From contig JBHLLO010000011.1 of NCBI GenBank assembly GCA_048885535.1, positions 9,483-69,524 on the forward strand: a stretch of 60,042 nucleotides of DNA, read 5' to 3'. The translations under genes were made by a program, and so were the position numbers. Below are positions 49,093 through 58,752 of the stretch, in pieces (positions within the stretch are counted from its first letter, which is position 1; every line of letters starts with the position of its first letter). The DNA comes from Candidatus Hermodarchaeota archaeon (GTDB lineage: Archaea; Asgardarchaeota; Lokiarchaeia; Sigyniarchaeales; SOKP01). Below the pieces are notes generated by a model. The model was not told where the DNA came from, did no database searches, and saw nothing but the letters and a program-made list of their open reading frames with translations.

Positions 49093-49241
49093 ATTATCAT
49101 CTTAAACTTTTTTAATTCATTAAAATTGTAATTTAACTAATTGAATTTTCTAATTTTTTTATTTTTTATTTTTTAATTTTATCACTTATTCTCAAATCTG
49201 AATTATAACTCAAAAAAAATAGGGAAGAGGGAGTTAAAGTT

Positions 49242-50885
49242 TCAATCTTTCCATACATCAATGGTTTTTTGCTCAGATTTTTTAATAATTAACTCATAAA
49301 TCTTCTTAACATTTTTCTCAAACTCAAAAGGGATAAATTGAACACCTAATCTTGATTTCAATAGTGGAGGAATATGACCTGGGTTAAAAAATATAGGGAT
49401 AATAGGTATTTCCATACTATCGGCAGCAGTCCATTCTTTTATTACTGGTTTAGATTTTAAAGCATTAGGCGAACAAAATAAAAGCATAACATCACATTTA
49501 CCCAGCTTCTCATCCATATATTCATACATGTTGTCTTTCATATCCTCTTCCCAATAAAGAACTTTTTCAATCTCATTATAATTAGTTAATGCTGTTGAAA
49601 TTTCTTTAATTTTATACCAATCAGCGTCCATGGTAGCATAACTAATAAAAATTAATATCTTTTTACTAGTAGGTATTGTAGATATAGGACGAACAGCGGA
49701 AGGACTGAAAATTATTTTATTTTTGATAATTTCAGCATTCAAGTCTCGTCTAAGTATCATTTTTTCAATCAATTCTTCAACTTTTTGAGATTTTAAACCA
49801 GTTTTAGAAGCTAAATTATCAAATTTTATTTCTCTATGCGTCTGTGAAATTTTTTTCTTGATATATTTAGTAAATTCATTTTCAATAACAATGTCTTTAA
49901 ATTGAAAATTCGGAACTTTCCAATCTGCAGCTTCTAAAGTCCTAATATAATCGAAAATCTGATTGGTATAGGTTTTGTCATAAAATACACTTTTTAAAGA
50001 TAAGTATTGATAAGTGTATAAAATAAGATCTTTTTTTTTTCTTAAAACAAAAGGATAGTTTTTATAAGTCTCCTTTTCCATTAACTTGATGACAGGTCGA
50101 GATTCAAAATGTGCTATGCCTAATTCATAGAATACATTTGGATCTGGGAAGGTCAAGATTGCGATGCATATATCCATAGTCAAAATTGCTTTGTAAACTT
50201 GATCCGATAATACTTTAAGAACTTTTTCAGATAATAATCTAAGTTTTCGTTCAGATAATAAACCAGGTCCTAATGAAGCCACATTCGACTTTAAATCCAT
50301 AATCGTATAAGTATCGAGATCGAATTTCTTCAATCCTGGCTTAATTATATAATTAAATACACTATCAATATGTTCCTTCATATCTGATCCTTCATGAGTA
50401 ATAGGTCCAATTATATAGCATTGCTTTTTCTTTCCTTTTTGAATTGACTCTTTCACTTTCTGGACCTTTTCGAAGCTAAATGGTTGGAGGGACTCCCAGT
50501 CATTTATTTCAATATCATTGACTCTAGAGATTATATCCTTAATGACTACCTCAACATTTTCTTGCTCTAAATTGTCTAAATCATAAATAACGTTATATTC
50601 ATTATTGAGGTAAAATGGAAGGGACTCTCCTTTTGCCTTCAGAAAAATCAGAGGCTTACCTGCACATTTTGCGATTGCAGTTTGATAATATAATAATGGG
50701 TGTTCCTTTGAATGAATTATTATACATAGATCATATGTGGGTATTAAATCAAACACTTTATTGCTTAATTTTGTTTCACGGAATGTCTCTATTCCGTATT
50801 CTTCCATTGCTGGTTTAATAATTAGATTATAAATTTGATCATATCGATCTTCTCGGATGGGCGATATTACAAAGCATCTGGGCAT
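49242..50885 (-). CDS. Multidomain protein: two nucleoside-2-deoxyribosyltransferase-like domains, PCI winged helix and TIR domain
   Basis: 'CFVISPI..IIKPA' and 'CYIIGPI..IIKPG..PNVFYELGIAH'; PCI 'FDNLASKTGL..VEELIEKMI..LNAEI'; TIR 'IFISYA...CSPNALKSKPVIKEW'. Confidence 0.75.
   Translation of the reverse strand: MPRCFVISPIREDRYDQIYNLIIKPAMEEYGIETFRETKLSNKVFDLIPTYDLCIIIHSKEHPLLYYQTAIAKCAGKPLIFLKAKGESLPFYLNNEYNVIYDLDNLEQENVEVVIKDIISRVNDIEINDWESLQPFSFEKVQKVKESIQKGKKKQCYIIGPITHEGSDMKEHIDSVFNYIIKPGLKKFDLDTYTIMDLKSNVASLGPGLLSERKLRLLSEKVLKVLSDQVYKAILTMDICIAILTFPDPNVFYELGIAHFESRPVIKLMEKETYKNYPFVLRKKKDLILYTYQYLSLKSVFYDKTYTNQIFDYIRTLEAADWKVPNFQFKDIVIENEFTKYIKKKISQTHREIKFDNLASKTGLKSQKVEELIEKMILRRDLNAEIIKNKIIFSPSAVRPISTIPTSKKILIFISYATMDADWYKIKEISTALTNYNEIEKVLYWEEDMKDNMYEYMDEKLGKCDVMLLFCSPNALKSKPVIKEWTAADSMEIPIIPIFFNPGHIPPLLKSRLGVQFIPFEFEKNVKKIYELIIKKSEQKTIDVWKD
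50195..50262. repeat. Imperfect 24-bp tandem repeat (about 3 copies) within the TIR-protein gene
   Basis: tccgataata/tcagataata/tcagataata at 50203, 50227 and 50251; encodes LLSERKLR-LLSEKVLK-VLSDQVYK. Confidence 0.6.
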
Positions 50886-51081
50886 ATATCAACATCAAAA
50901 ATTAGATAAAATACATCCATAAATGGATTTGAAAGAAACATATTTTATATGATAATTGAATTTTCTATTATTTAAAACTTACAGAAATTAATAACTTAAT
51001 TTTTGAAAGAAAAGGAAATTTAAAATTACTATAAGTCATTATTATGTTTTAACTAGTTCTATTTTAATAAGGGTTAAAATA

Positions 51082-51771
51082 TTGACAGATGGTTTTTATA
51101 TTTTAGAAATTATAATGGTATTAATTACAGCTATAATTACGCTTGCAGGGGGGATTATTGAGTTACGCCTAAACCCAACAAATTGGTTAAATAGATGGTT
51201 TGCGCTGTTTTTTTTCTCTGCTTCTTTGGGGTTTCTAACTTATATGATTTATCATTTAATACCATGTTGCGGACTTGAATCCCTTATTATTTCTATCATG
51301 ATTTTAGCTCAAATCTTTTTCAATTTCATCCCTATATCTTTAGTAATGACAGTTCAGATATTAGAGAAATCCCAGAAAGTTGCTACGAGTGTAAAGTATC
51401 TTGGAACCTTAATGATTTTATTCATAATCATGAGTTTTGGATACTTTATTTGGAGACCGTATTTAAACCCTTCTTACTACACACAAGGTATCACTGATAC
51501 CTCGACTCATCCTGTCTTGTTATCTTTTGTAAATATTCTGAGAATAAGTTTGGTTGTTTATATTATATACAAATATGCAATGATTACAAGAAAAACTGAA
51601 GGAGAAACTAAAAAAAGAGTACAATGGTTTTTTATAGGAACAATTATCGTAGTTATTGGGCTTGGTATCAATTTAATTGGTGGTATTTTTAACCAGATAT
51701 TTATTGAAAGTTTTGCTTTAATTCTAATTAATATTGGGGCGATGGTAATAATTAAAGGCTTTTTTATGTGA
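51082..51771 (+). CDS. Seven-TM membrane protein (HisKA_7TM-like, no kinase domain)
   Basis: About 7 hydrophobic helices; 'NWLNRWFALF' after TM1 resembles N-terminal 7TM sensor modules. Confidence 0.55.
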   Translation: MTDGFYILEIIMVLITAIITLAGGIIELRLNPTNWLNRWFALFFFSASLGFLTYMIYHLIPCCGLESLIISIMILAQIFFNFIPISLVMTVQILEKSQKVATSVKYLGTLMILFIIMSFGYFIWRPYLNPSYYTQGITDTSTHPVLLSFVNILRISLVVYIIYKYAMITRKTEGETKKRVQWFFIGTIIVVIGLGINLIGGIFNQIFIESFALILINIGAMVIIKGFFM

Positions 51772-51773
51772 TA

Positions 51774-52154
51774 TTATTTTTTTTGAGATGATTCCTTCAT
51801 TTTTTGAAGTCTCATTAAGGCTTTTTTGTATCCTTTACCTTTTAAAGACCACTTTTCTAGATTCGCACAAGGGAATTCAACACATTCGAAACAATAATTC
51901 AAATTTTTGGTCTTAGAACAACAATCCCGAATCCAACACTCTGTACTCCAACATTCATCAATAGGGCCTCTACAAGTACTGCAATTAAAATCTTCAGGTT
52001 TCACATTTTCCCAAGCTCCCTCAAAGCTTTTTGCTAATTCTCTGGCAATTTTAGGATTAGTAGGAGCAAGATAAATCTGACATTTTCCACAATCAATACC
52101 ACAATAAGCTATAAACTTATCTTCTGTTCTTTCTATAGATTTTTGATCATTCAT
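51774..52154 (-). CDS. DUF3795-family Cys-rich protein
   Basis: 'AYCGIDCGKC', 'CSTCR', 'CWIRDC' and 'CFECVEFPC'. Confidence 0.8.
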   Translation of the reverse strand: MNDQKSIERTEDKFIAYCGIDCGKCQIYLAPTNPKIARELAKSFEGAWENVKPEDFNCSTCRGPIDECWSTECWIRDCCSKTKNLNYCFECVEFPCANLEKWSLKGKGYKKALMRLQKMKESSQKK

Positions 52155-52174
52155 ATGATACTATAATTAATATT

Positions 52175-52948
52175 TCATATAATTTTATTTTCTATTTTTT
52201 TTGGCTTTATTTTTAGGATTTCTTCTCGTTCTTTTCCTTTCAATTTTCGAATTGCATAAAGTGTTATTGTCGATGAAACTCCCATTTCTCTTAATTTCTT
52301 TACATATTTTAGAACTTTTTCTTTATTTTTACCAATCATATTATCTTTAAGTGCCCATCCAACTGCCTTTCTTACTAAATCCTCCTTATCCCATATTAAA
52401 TTATCACATAATTTTAAGAGATAATCTATATATTCACCACTAGCTCCTACTTTTCTCGTAAAGACAACGACACTTGCTCGTTTTTTCCATAGATGTTGAG
52501 ACCTATTCCATTTTTCTAATAATCTCTTTACTTCAATAGGATATTTATTTAACAGGGGCTGCATTATATAGAGAGAAAACGAATCTGTTGGGCCCCACCC
52601 AGTAAAATTACTAACAATATTGTCTATATAATCGAAATTTTTAGGTGTTAATTCTGTTAGGCTAAGTTCTAGAAGTTTTAATCCAAAACTAGTTTGCCCA
52701 ATATATCCTGATTTGTAAAATTTTTTCGCTAAATCTAACCTTTCATCAAAAGAAAGTACATTGAATTGATTTATATATTTCTTAACTATGGTGTCTATTT
52801 CGGGTACGCTTAGTTTATAAAATCTATATCCTTGGTCATCGTATACTTTTTGACTCCAATTTAAATATTCTTCCTTTGATTTGAACTTACATATGGCTTT
52901 CTCTTCGAGTTCACTCGTGATTTTTTTATAAAGATTATTAATATCCAT
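52175..52948 (-). CDS. DNA alkylation repair protein (AlkD-like HEAT-repeat glycosylase)
   Basis: 'WGPTD', 'WKKRAS' and 'EDLVRKAVGWALK'. Confidence 0.8.
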   Translation of the reverse strand: MDINNLYKKITSELEEKAICKFKSKEEYLNWSQKVYDDQGYRFYKLSVPEIDTIVKKYINQFNVLSFDERLDLAKKFYKSGYIGQTSFGLKLLELSLTELTPKNFDYIDNIVSNFTGWGPTDSFSLYIMQPLLNKYPIEVKRLLEKWNRSQHLWKKRASVVVFTRKVGASGEYIDYLLKLCDNLIWDKEDLVRKAVGWALKDNMIGKNKEKVLKYVKKLREMGVSSTITLYAIRKLKGKEREEILKIKPKKIENKII

Positions 52949-52969
52949 CTTTTTAGTATATTTCTAGCT

Positions 52970-53512
52970 TTAATATTCAATTCCTAACCTTGCAGTGATA
53001 CCTTTTGAAGAATAATAATGTTTTATCATTCTCATTTCAGTCAACAAATCAGCTTTTTCTTTGATTTTAGGATGCATGTTAGGACCACCAGTCAATATTA
53101 ATTCAACTTTTTTAGGTTTTTGATCTATTAAACTTAGGACGTCTTCAACATCGATTAACTTGTATTCGAGAGCAACACCAATCTCATCTAAAATTACGAT
53201 ATCATATTCATCACTTGTTATTATAGACTTAGCAAAATCTAATGCTTTCCTAGCTTCTTCATAATCAATTTCCTTAGGTTCTGAAATAAGATCAGCCGTA
53301 CCAAACTGTTTAAGCTCAAAATTTTCAGTATTTTTGATTGCATTCACTTCTCCGTACTTATCCCAACCTTTCATAAATTGAATCATAAAAACTTTGAAAC
53401 CATGTCCGGTGGCGCGAAAACCTTGACCTAAGGCAGCTGTAGTCTTTCCTTTTCCTCGTCCGAAATACACTTGTACGAGTCCTAGTTCTAATCTTTTTCT
53501 AATACTAATCAC
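52970..53512 (-). CDS. cobO: Cob(I)alamin adenosyltransferase, CobA/CobO/BtuR family
   Basis: 'GRGKGKTTAALG', 'IQFMKG', 'ILDEI', 'ELILTG' and 'GIEY'. Confidence 0.9.
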   Translation of the reverse strand: MISIRKRLELGLVQVYFGRGKGKTTAALGQGFRATGHGFKVFMIQFMKGWDKYGEVNAIKNTENFELKQFGTADLISEPKEIDYEEARKALDFAKSIITSDEYDIVILDEIGVALEYKLIDVEDVLSLIDQKPKKVELILTGGPNMHPKIKEKADLLTEMRMIKHYYSSKGITARLGIEY

Positions 53513-53608
53513 TCTCTTATTTTGAAAAGGAATGAAAAATGAATTTAAGTTTGGAAATATTTCATTATTTAATTATTTTTTACATAAAAAAGAGATTAGA
53601 ACCTAAAT

Positions 53609-54742
53609 ATGAGTTCAAATACAGAGGAAAAAGATATTTACAGAAGACTTCAATTACATCTTGATAAAATGCCGATTGGGTTTCCAGCAACAAGATCCGG
53701 ATCTGATATTCGACTATTAAAACATCTGTTTAGTCCTGAAGAGGCTGAGGTTGCTATGTTCTTAAAATTTGGGTGGGATCGTGATCTCGAAACATTAGAC
53801 ACCATCTATGAGCGAGTAAAAAATAAAGTGTCTTCAAAAGAGGATTTAGAACAGAAACTTGACAGTATAGCTAAAAAAGGGTTAATCATGTTTAAAAGAG
53901 AAGATGCTGTTAAATTCTATGGAAATGCACTTTTAATGGTTGGGATATTTGAATTTCAAGTTAATAATCTTGACAAGTTACCCAAAGAGTTTATTAAAGA
54001 TTTCCATGAATACATTGACGAAGGGTGGCTAAAGGAAACATTTAGGGTGAAGGGAGCTCAATTACGTACTATACCTGTTGAAGAAAGCATTGATGTGGAG
54101 CAAATTATTACTGATTATGATAACATTAAAAAACTCATCGAAACTACTGAAGGACCCTATATGGTGACGAATTGTATTTGTAGACAAGTTAAGGATATTA
54201 TGGAAAGTCCTTGTGAAATTACATCAAGAAGGGAACTTTGTCTAGGATTTGGTTATGGGGCTAAAATTTATATAGAACAAGGTTGGGGTCGTGAAATTAC
54301 CAAAGAAGAATCACTAGATATATTAAAACAAAATCAGGAGGATGGTTTAGTTTTACAACCAGATAATTCTCAGGAATTGTGTTTTATATGTAGTTGCTGT
54401 AGTTGCTGCTGTGAATCTTTATCTCGTTACATCAAGCTTCCAAATCCAGGACATATAACAGTTTCAAACTATTACGCTAAAGTGGATTCTGAAAGCTGTA
54501 CAGGTTGTGAAACTTGCATAGAGATCTGCCCCATGAAGGCAATAATTATGGAAGATAATATATCACAAGTAATTCAAAAGCGTTGCATTGGATGTGGAAA
54601 TTGTATAGTAAAATGCCCATCTGAAGCGATAGAATTAGTAAAGAAAGAAAGACAGTTTACCCCATTTCCTACAATGGATGATTTATTTGACAAATTGAAG
54701 CAAAGGAAGAAAATTTTACAAGAAGAGAATTCAAAGACTTAA
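53609..54742 (+). CDS. Iron-sulfur protein: N-terminal wHTH-like region, Cys-rich core and 2x[4Fe-4S] ferredoxin domain
   Basis: 'LFSPEEA', 'CICR', 'CSCCSCCC', 'CTGCETCIEICP' and 'CIGCGNCIVKCP'. Confidence 0.8.
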   Translation: MSSNTEEKDIYRRLQLHLDKMPIGFPATRSGSDIRLLKHLFSPEEAEVAMFLKFGWDRDLETLDTIYERVKNKVSSKEDLEQKLDSIAKKGLIMFKREDAVKFYGNALLMVGIFEFQVNNLDKLPKEFIKDFHEYIDEGWLKETFRVKGAQLRTIPVEESIDVEQIITDYDNIKKLIETTEGPYMVTNCICRQVKDIMESPCEITSRRELCLGFGYGAKIYIEQGWGREITKEESLDILKQNQEDGLVLQPDNSQELCFICSCCSCCCESLSRYIKLPNPGHITVSNYYAKVDSESCTGCETCIEICPMKAIIMEDNISQVIQKRCIGCGNCIVKCPSEAIELVKKERQFTPFPTMDDLFDKLKQRKKILQEENSKT

Positions 54743-54744
54743 AG

Positions 54745-55521
54745 GTGTTCATTATGGAAAACTTGAAGGATTTAGATAAAAAATTAAATAAGTTCTTGAG
54801 ATTAAGTACTTTTCCTATTGGTGTGAAATTGCTAGAAGATCCTAAAGAGCTTGAAACAATTAATTTTTTGAAAAAACCTGAAGAAAAATTAGTTATTTGT
54901 CAACTTTTTAGTTATGCAAGATATTATGGATGGACTGTGGGCTGCACAAAAGAAGAAAATTTATGCCCCCTCGCTGGAATTTCCATTGGATTAGAAGAAT
55001 CGTATAAACTCTTCGAGGAGGGGGCTTTTTTTGAAGGAAGATATAATGAAACTAAAGAGGCAGCTAAAAAAACTACAGCTTCTATTCCTAGAATACCTTT
55101 TGGTAAATATAATGCCATTGTTTCTGGTGCTTTACACCGTATTGATTTCAAACCAGATTTAATATTGATTTGGGGAAATTCCGCGCAAATGATGCGTATT
55201 ATCCAAGGATATCTGTGGAAAAAAGGTGGGAGAATCTCAATTTCAACATTTTGCGATGGAGTGTGTGCAGATACTATCTCAAAAGCTATATTAACTAAAG
55301 ACTTACAAATAGCTTTCCCATGTTTAGGTGATCGCAGTTATGGAATGGCTAAGGATTCAGATTTAATTGCTTCTATCCCACTTAATCTAATCAATGAAAT
55401 AATTTCTGGAATGGAAGAGACCCATAAAAAAGGTACACGCTATCCTATTCCCTTCCAATTGGCACCTCCTGAATACTTCCTAAAGTTGAGAAAAAGGTTG
55501 GAAAAAATTAAAAAAAATTAA
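54745..55521 (+). CDS. DUF169-family protein
   Basis: 'PIGVKL', 'CQ...AR.YG', 'CPLA..SIG', 'PDLILI' and 'PCLGDR'. Confidence 0.85.
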   Translation: MFIMENLKDLDKKLNKFLRLSTFPIGVKLLEDPKELETINFLKKPEEKLVICQLFSYARYYGWTVGCTKEENLCPLAGISIGLEESYKLFEEGAFFEGRYNETKEAAKKTTASIPRIPFGKYNAIVSGALHRIDFKPDLILIWGNSAQMMRIIQGYLWKKGGRISISTFCDGVCADTISKAILTKDLQIAFPCLGDRSYGMAKDSDLIASIPLNLINEIISGMEETHKKGTRYPIPFQLAPPEYFLKLRKRLEKIKKN

Positions 55522-56684
55522 TTCATTTTATTTTTAAATCGTTCTCTTCCATATTTCCGATAAGCTTCTGGCATGGATGTAACAGGTATTTTATTTTCGA
55601 CCTTTTCAAGAATCAATCGTTTTGATGAACAATTTGTAGAACAAATGCCACAACCAATACATAACTCTTTTTTTAATTCCAAATTAAATTTGCCACCTTC
55701 CTCAATTGAAGGAAAAAGTGCATGCGTAGGGCATAAATCCACACATCGATAACACTCTTTACACTCTATGGATTCATCTATAGCAGCACGAAAGTTTGAG
55801 AATGCATTAGAGATTGGTAAACCAAATCGATGGAATTTTGTTATTGATTTTAAAATTCCACAGTGCTCTTTATCGCAATTACAAATAAAGTCAGGTTGTT
55901 GGGCATTCAAGGTGCAATGCACTAATCCATGTCTTTCACATTTTATTAATAATTCTAAAGCTTCTTCTTTAGACAATCTTCTTCCCATTCCATTTTCAAT
56001 AAAGAATTCTGCTGCCATATCAAATGTCATACATACTTCTATAGGTGTTTGAGGCGTGTAACCCATATGTGAAGCTTTTACTCGGCAAGAACATGGCATT
56101 ACGGAAAATGAAATATGCTGGCTTATCAACTCTTCAACTTCCTCGAAAGCTAAAATTTTTTGTGATACAATTCCTAAGTCCTCATTGATTTCAATCACTT
56201 TTTCAGAGGTTTTTGAGGGTAAAACTCTAGCAAAAGGGTAATTAGAAGCGTTCGCTGTTGGAATTATATACCTATTTAAGTAATTGTCAAAAAGCTTAGC
56301 AAGTCGATTCAATTTCTCATCTGAATATATTTTTGGATTACTAAATACAAACTCAAATATCCCAATTACTGTTGGCCAAATCATGTACTTTGCTCTCTTA
56401 GCTGATCTTCCTACTTTGAACACCAATCCTCTCTTCGCAAGAGAAGCAAGTATTTCTATTACTTTTTCTTCAGGTTTGCTACTTCTTTCAGCAATCTCTA
56501 AGGGAGTTGCTTGATCCATGAGAGGGGCTTTAAAATGACTTAGAATTTCTGCTTCTTCTTCTGTAAAAAGCTCTTTTAAAATTTTAATAATATCTTTGGA
56601 TTTAGGTGTTCTTGTGGGCCATTTATCCATCTTTTGCCTTAATAACTCATAATAATCTTTTGTTAATGTTCCTTCTTGTGTCAT
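55518..56684 (-). CDS. Iron-sulfur protein, paralogue of 53609-54742
   Basis: 'LFTEEEA', 'IGIFEF', 'CSCR', 'ICNCDKEHC', 'CKECYRCVDLCP' and 'CIGCGICSTNC'. Confidence 0.8.
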   Translation of the reverse strand: MTQEGTLTKDYYELLRQKMDKWPTRTPKSKDIIKILKELFTEEEAEILSHFKAPLMDQATPLEIAERSSKPEEKVIEILASLAKRGLVFKVGRSAKRAKYMIWPTVIGIFEFVFSNPKIYSDEKLNRLAKLFDNYLNRYIIPTANASNYPFARVLPSKTSEKVIEINEDLGIVSQKILAFEEVEELISQHISFSVMPCSCRVKASHMGYTPQTPIEVCMTFDMAAEFFIENGMGRRLSKEEALELLIKCERHGLVHCTLNAQQPDFICNCDKEHCGILKSITKFHRFGLPISNAFSNFRAAIDESIECKECYRCVDLCPTHALFPSIEEGGKFNLELKKELCIGCGICSTNCSSKRLILEKVENKIPVTSMPEAYRKYGRERFKNKMN

Positions 56685-57031
56685 TTACAATCAATTTATT
56701 ATTTTAATAATTTAGATAATGCTAAGAAAGGTTATTTAATAAATCTAATTTTTATATGATAAAGCCTATTCTTATAACTAGTAACGGTTCATACTGACTA
56801 TAATTGGGAAAAAAATTATGGATATGTTATAATTATGCTCCTTTTTCATTCAACCTTCTGATAAGTTCCTCCTTTTTACTCAGAAATGATGGAGATTTCC
56901 AAGTGAATAGAATAATCAGGTAGTTACACAGTTCATATTTAGGATATTTAACATATTGATTTTAATTAAATAAAAAATTATAATTGTAAAGCATTTAATT
57001 ATAGCTATTTTGATGAATTGAGAGATTTTTA

Positions 57032-57892
57032 ATGAGAAAAAGTAAATTGATGTCATTAAGTGATGCCATTTCAACTTTCATTCAGGATTCTGATCTTGTT
57101 GGCTTCGGAGGATTGTCATTTTGGCGAAAACCTATTAGTGCCTGCAGGGAAATAATTAATCAAGATAAAAAGAACTTAATAATATGTACCTTTGTGGGCG
57201 GATTTGAAGTGGATATGTTAATTGGAGCTAGTTGTGTGTCCCAAGTAAAATCATGTTTTGTAGGGATGGAAATATTTGGCATGGCGCCTAACTATAAGAA
57301 AGCAGTAGAGTCTGGTTCTGTTAAAATATCTGAAGAAAGTGAAGCAACAATTGCTTTAGGATTAAGAGCCTCATATCTAAAAGTACCTTTTATGCCATTA
57401 AAAGGGATTATTGGCACTGATTTTCCAAAGGTTAGAAAAGATATAAAACAGATTGATGACCCACTTGGCTCTGGAATTCAGGTTATCGCGGTCCCCAAAA
57501 TTGATTTAGATGTTGCAATTTTGCATGTACCTTACGCTGATGAGTATGGAAATGGAAATGTAGCAGGAGCAGTATGGATGGATGATGATATGGCAAAAAC
57601 TGCCAAGAAAACTATAATTATATGCGAAAAACTTGTTGAGACTGAAGATATTCGTTATCTACCGGGAAAGGCTCAGCTCCCAATGCAAACCACCTCCGCT
57701 GTAGTCAAATCACCTTTCGGAGCCCATCCGACTAGTTGTTATCCAATATATACTTTTGATCCTCTTCATATTCAAGAATATCTTAGATTAGATTTTAAAG
57801 AATATAAAAATAAATTTATAATTGATAAGACTCAAGAGCAGTATCTTGAAGAAACGGGAGGGATTCAAACAATTTTTAATATCTTATTATAA
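57032..57892 (+). CDS. Class I CoA-transferase alpha subunit (GctA/IpdA-like)
   Basis: 'GFGG', 'RKP', 'VPFMP', 'DVAILH...ADEYGN' and 'PFGAHPTS'. Confidence 0.85.
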   Translation: MRKSKLMSLSDAISTFIQDSDLVGFGGLSFWRKPISACREIINQDKKNLIICTFVGGFEVDMLIGASCVSQVKSCFVGMEIFGMAPNYKKAVESGSVKISEESEATIALGLRASYLKVPFMPLKGIIGTDFPKVRKDIKQIDDPLGSGIQVIAVPKIDLDVAILHVPYADEYGNGNVAGAVWMDDDMAKTAKKTIIICEKLVETEDIRYLPGKAQLPMQTTSAVVKSPFGAHPTSCYPIYTFDPLHIQEYLRLDFKEYKNKFIIDKTQEQYLEETGGIQTIFNILL

Positions 57893-57936
57893 TAGTAATA
57901 AAAGTTCAAAATTTTTAGATTAAAATAGGTTATGGT

Positions 57937-58752
57937 ATGAAAATAGCTAATAAAGAAAATAAAACTTTAGAATTGATCGAAAAAAGAAGAACTATTCGAG
58001 CATATAATCCAAAGCAATTAACTCAAGAAGAAATCGATATTATCATCCACGGAGCTATGAGAGCTCCTACGGCAGGAAATATGATGTTCTATTCTATTAT
58101 TCAAGTAACTGATCAAGGAATGAAGGACAAATTAGTAAAAACTTGTGATAATCAACCTCACATTGCAAAAGCACCATTAGTTTTAGTGTTTTTGGCTGAT
58201 ATGCAGCGATGGTGGGATTACTTTTATATTTGTAAGACAAGGGATGTATGCAACGAGATTGGGGATGAATTTGAGACACCTCAAGAATCTGATTTACTTC
58301 TTGCTTGTTGTGATGCTTTAATTGCTGCTCAAAATGCGGTAATAACAGCTGAAGCTTTAGGAATTGGTTCTTGCTATATTGGTGATATTATGGAAAACTT
58401 TGAAATCCATCGTGAATTGTTTAACCTTCCCAGATGGGTGTTTCCTATTACAATGGTCTGTTTTGGTTACCCTAAAGGTGATAAAGAGCATATTCCTCTA
58501 CAACCTCGATTTCCTCAAAAGTTTATTCATTTTATTAATAAATATAAAAGATTAGATGAAAAAGATTTTAGTGAAATGTTTGAAGGAGTAGAGCGAGGTT
58601 ATGATATAAAGTATGCCAAAAATTTAGGACAAAAATTTTATTTTGCAAAATTAGCTGCAGATTATTCTAAAGAAATGCGCCGGTCTGTTAAAGTTGCAAT
58701 CAAGGATTGGATTTTGAAAGTTAATGAATTTAAGGTGGAAAAAAATGACTGA
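57937..58752 (+). CDS. NfsA/NfrA-like nitroreductase (FMN oxidoreductase)
   Basis: 'RRTIRAY', 'APTAGN', 'QN..ITAEALGIGSCYIG' and 'FGYP'. Confidence 0.85.
   Translation: MKIANKENKTLELIEKRRTIRAYNPKQLTQEEIDIIIHGAMRAPTAGNMMFYSIIQVTDQGMKDKLVKTCDNQPHIAKAPLVLVFLADMQRWWDYFYICKTRDVCNEIGDEFETPQESDLLLACCDALIAAQNAVITAEALGIGSCYIGDIMENFEIHRELFNLPRWVFPITMVCFGYPKGDKEHIPLQPRFPQKFIHFINKYKRLDEKDFSEMFEGVERGYDIKYAKNLGQKFYFAKLAADYSKEMRRSVKVAIKDWILKVNEFKVEKND

Noticed and set aside
56685-57031. 347-bp intergenic gap as a hidden gene or ncRNA
   Set aside because: Only short frames without credible starts in those examined; no stable GC-rich structure seen
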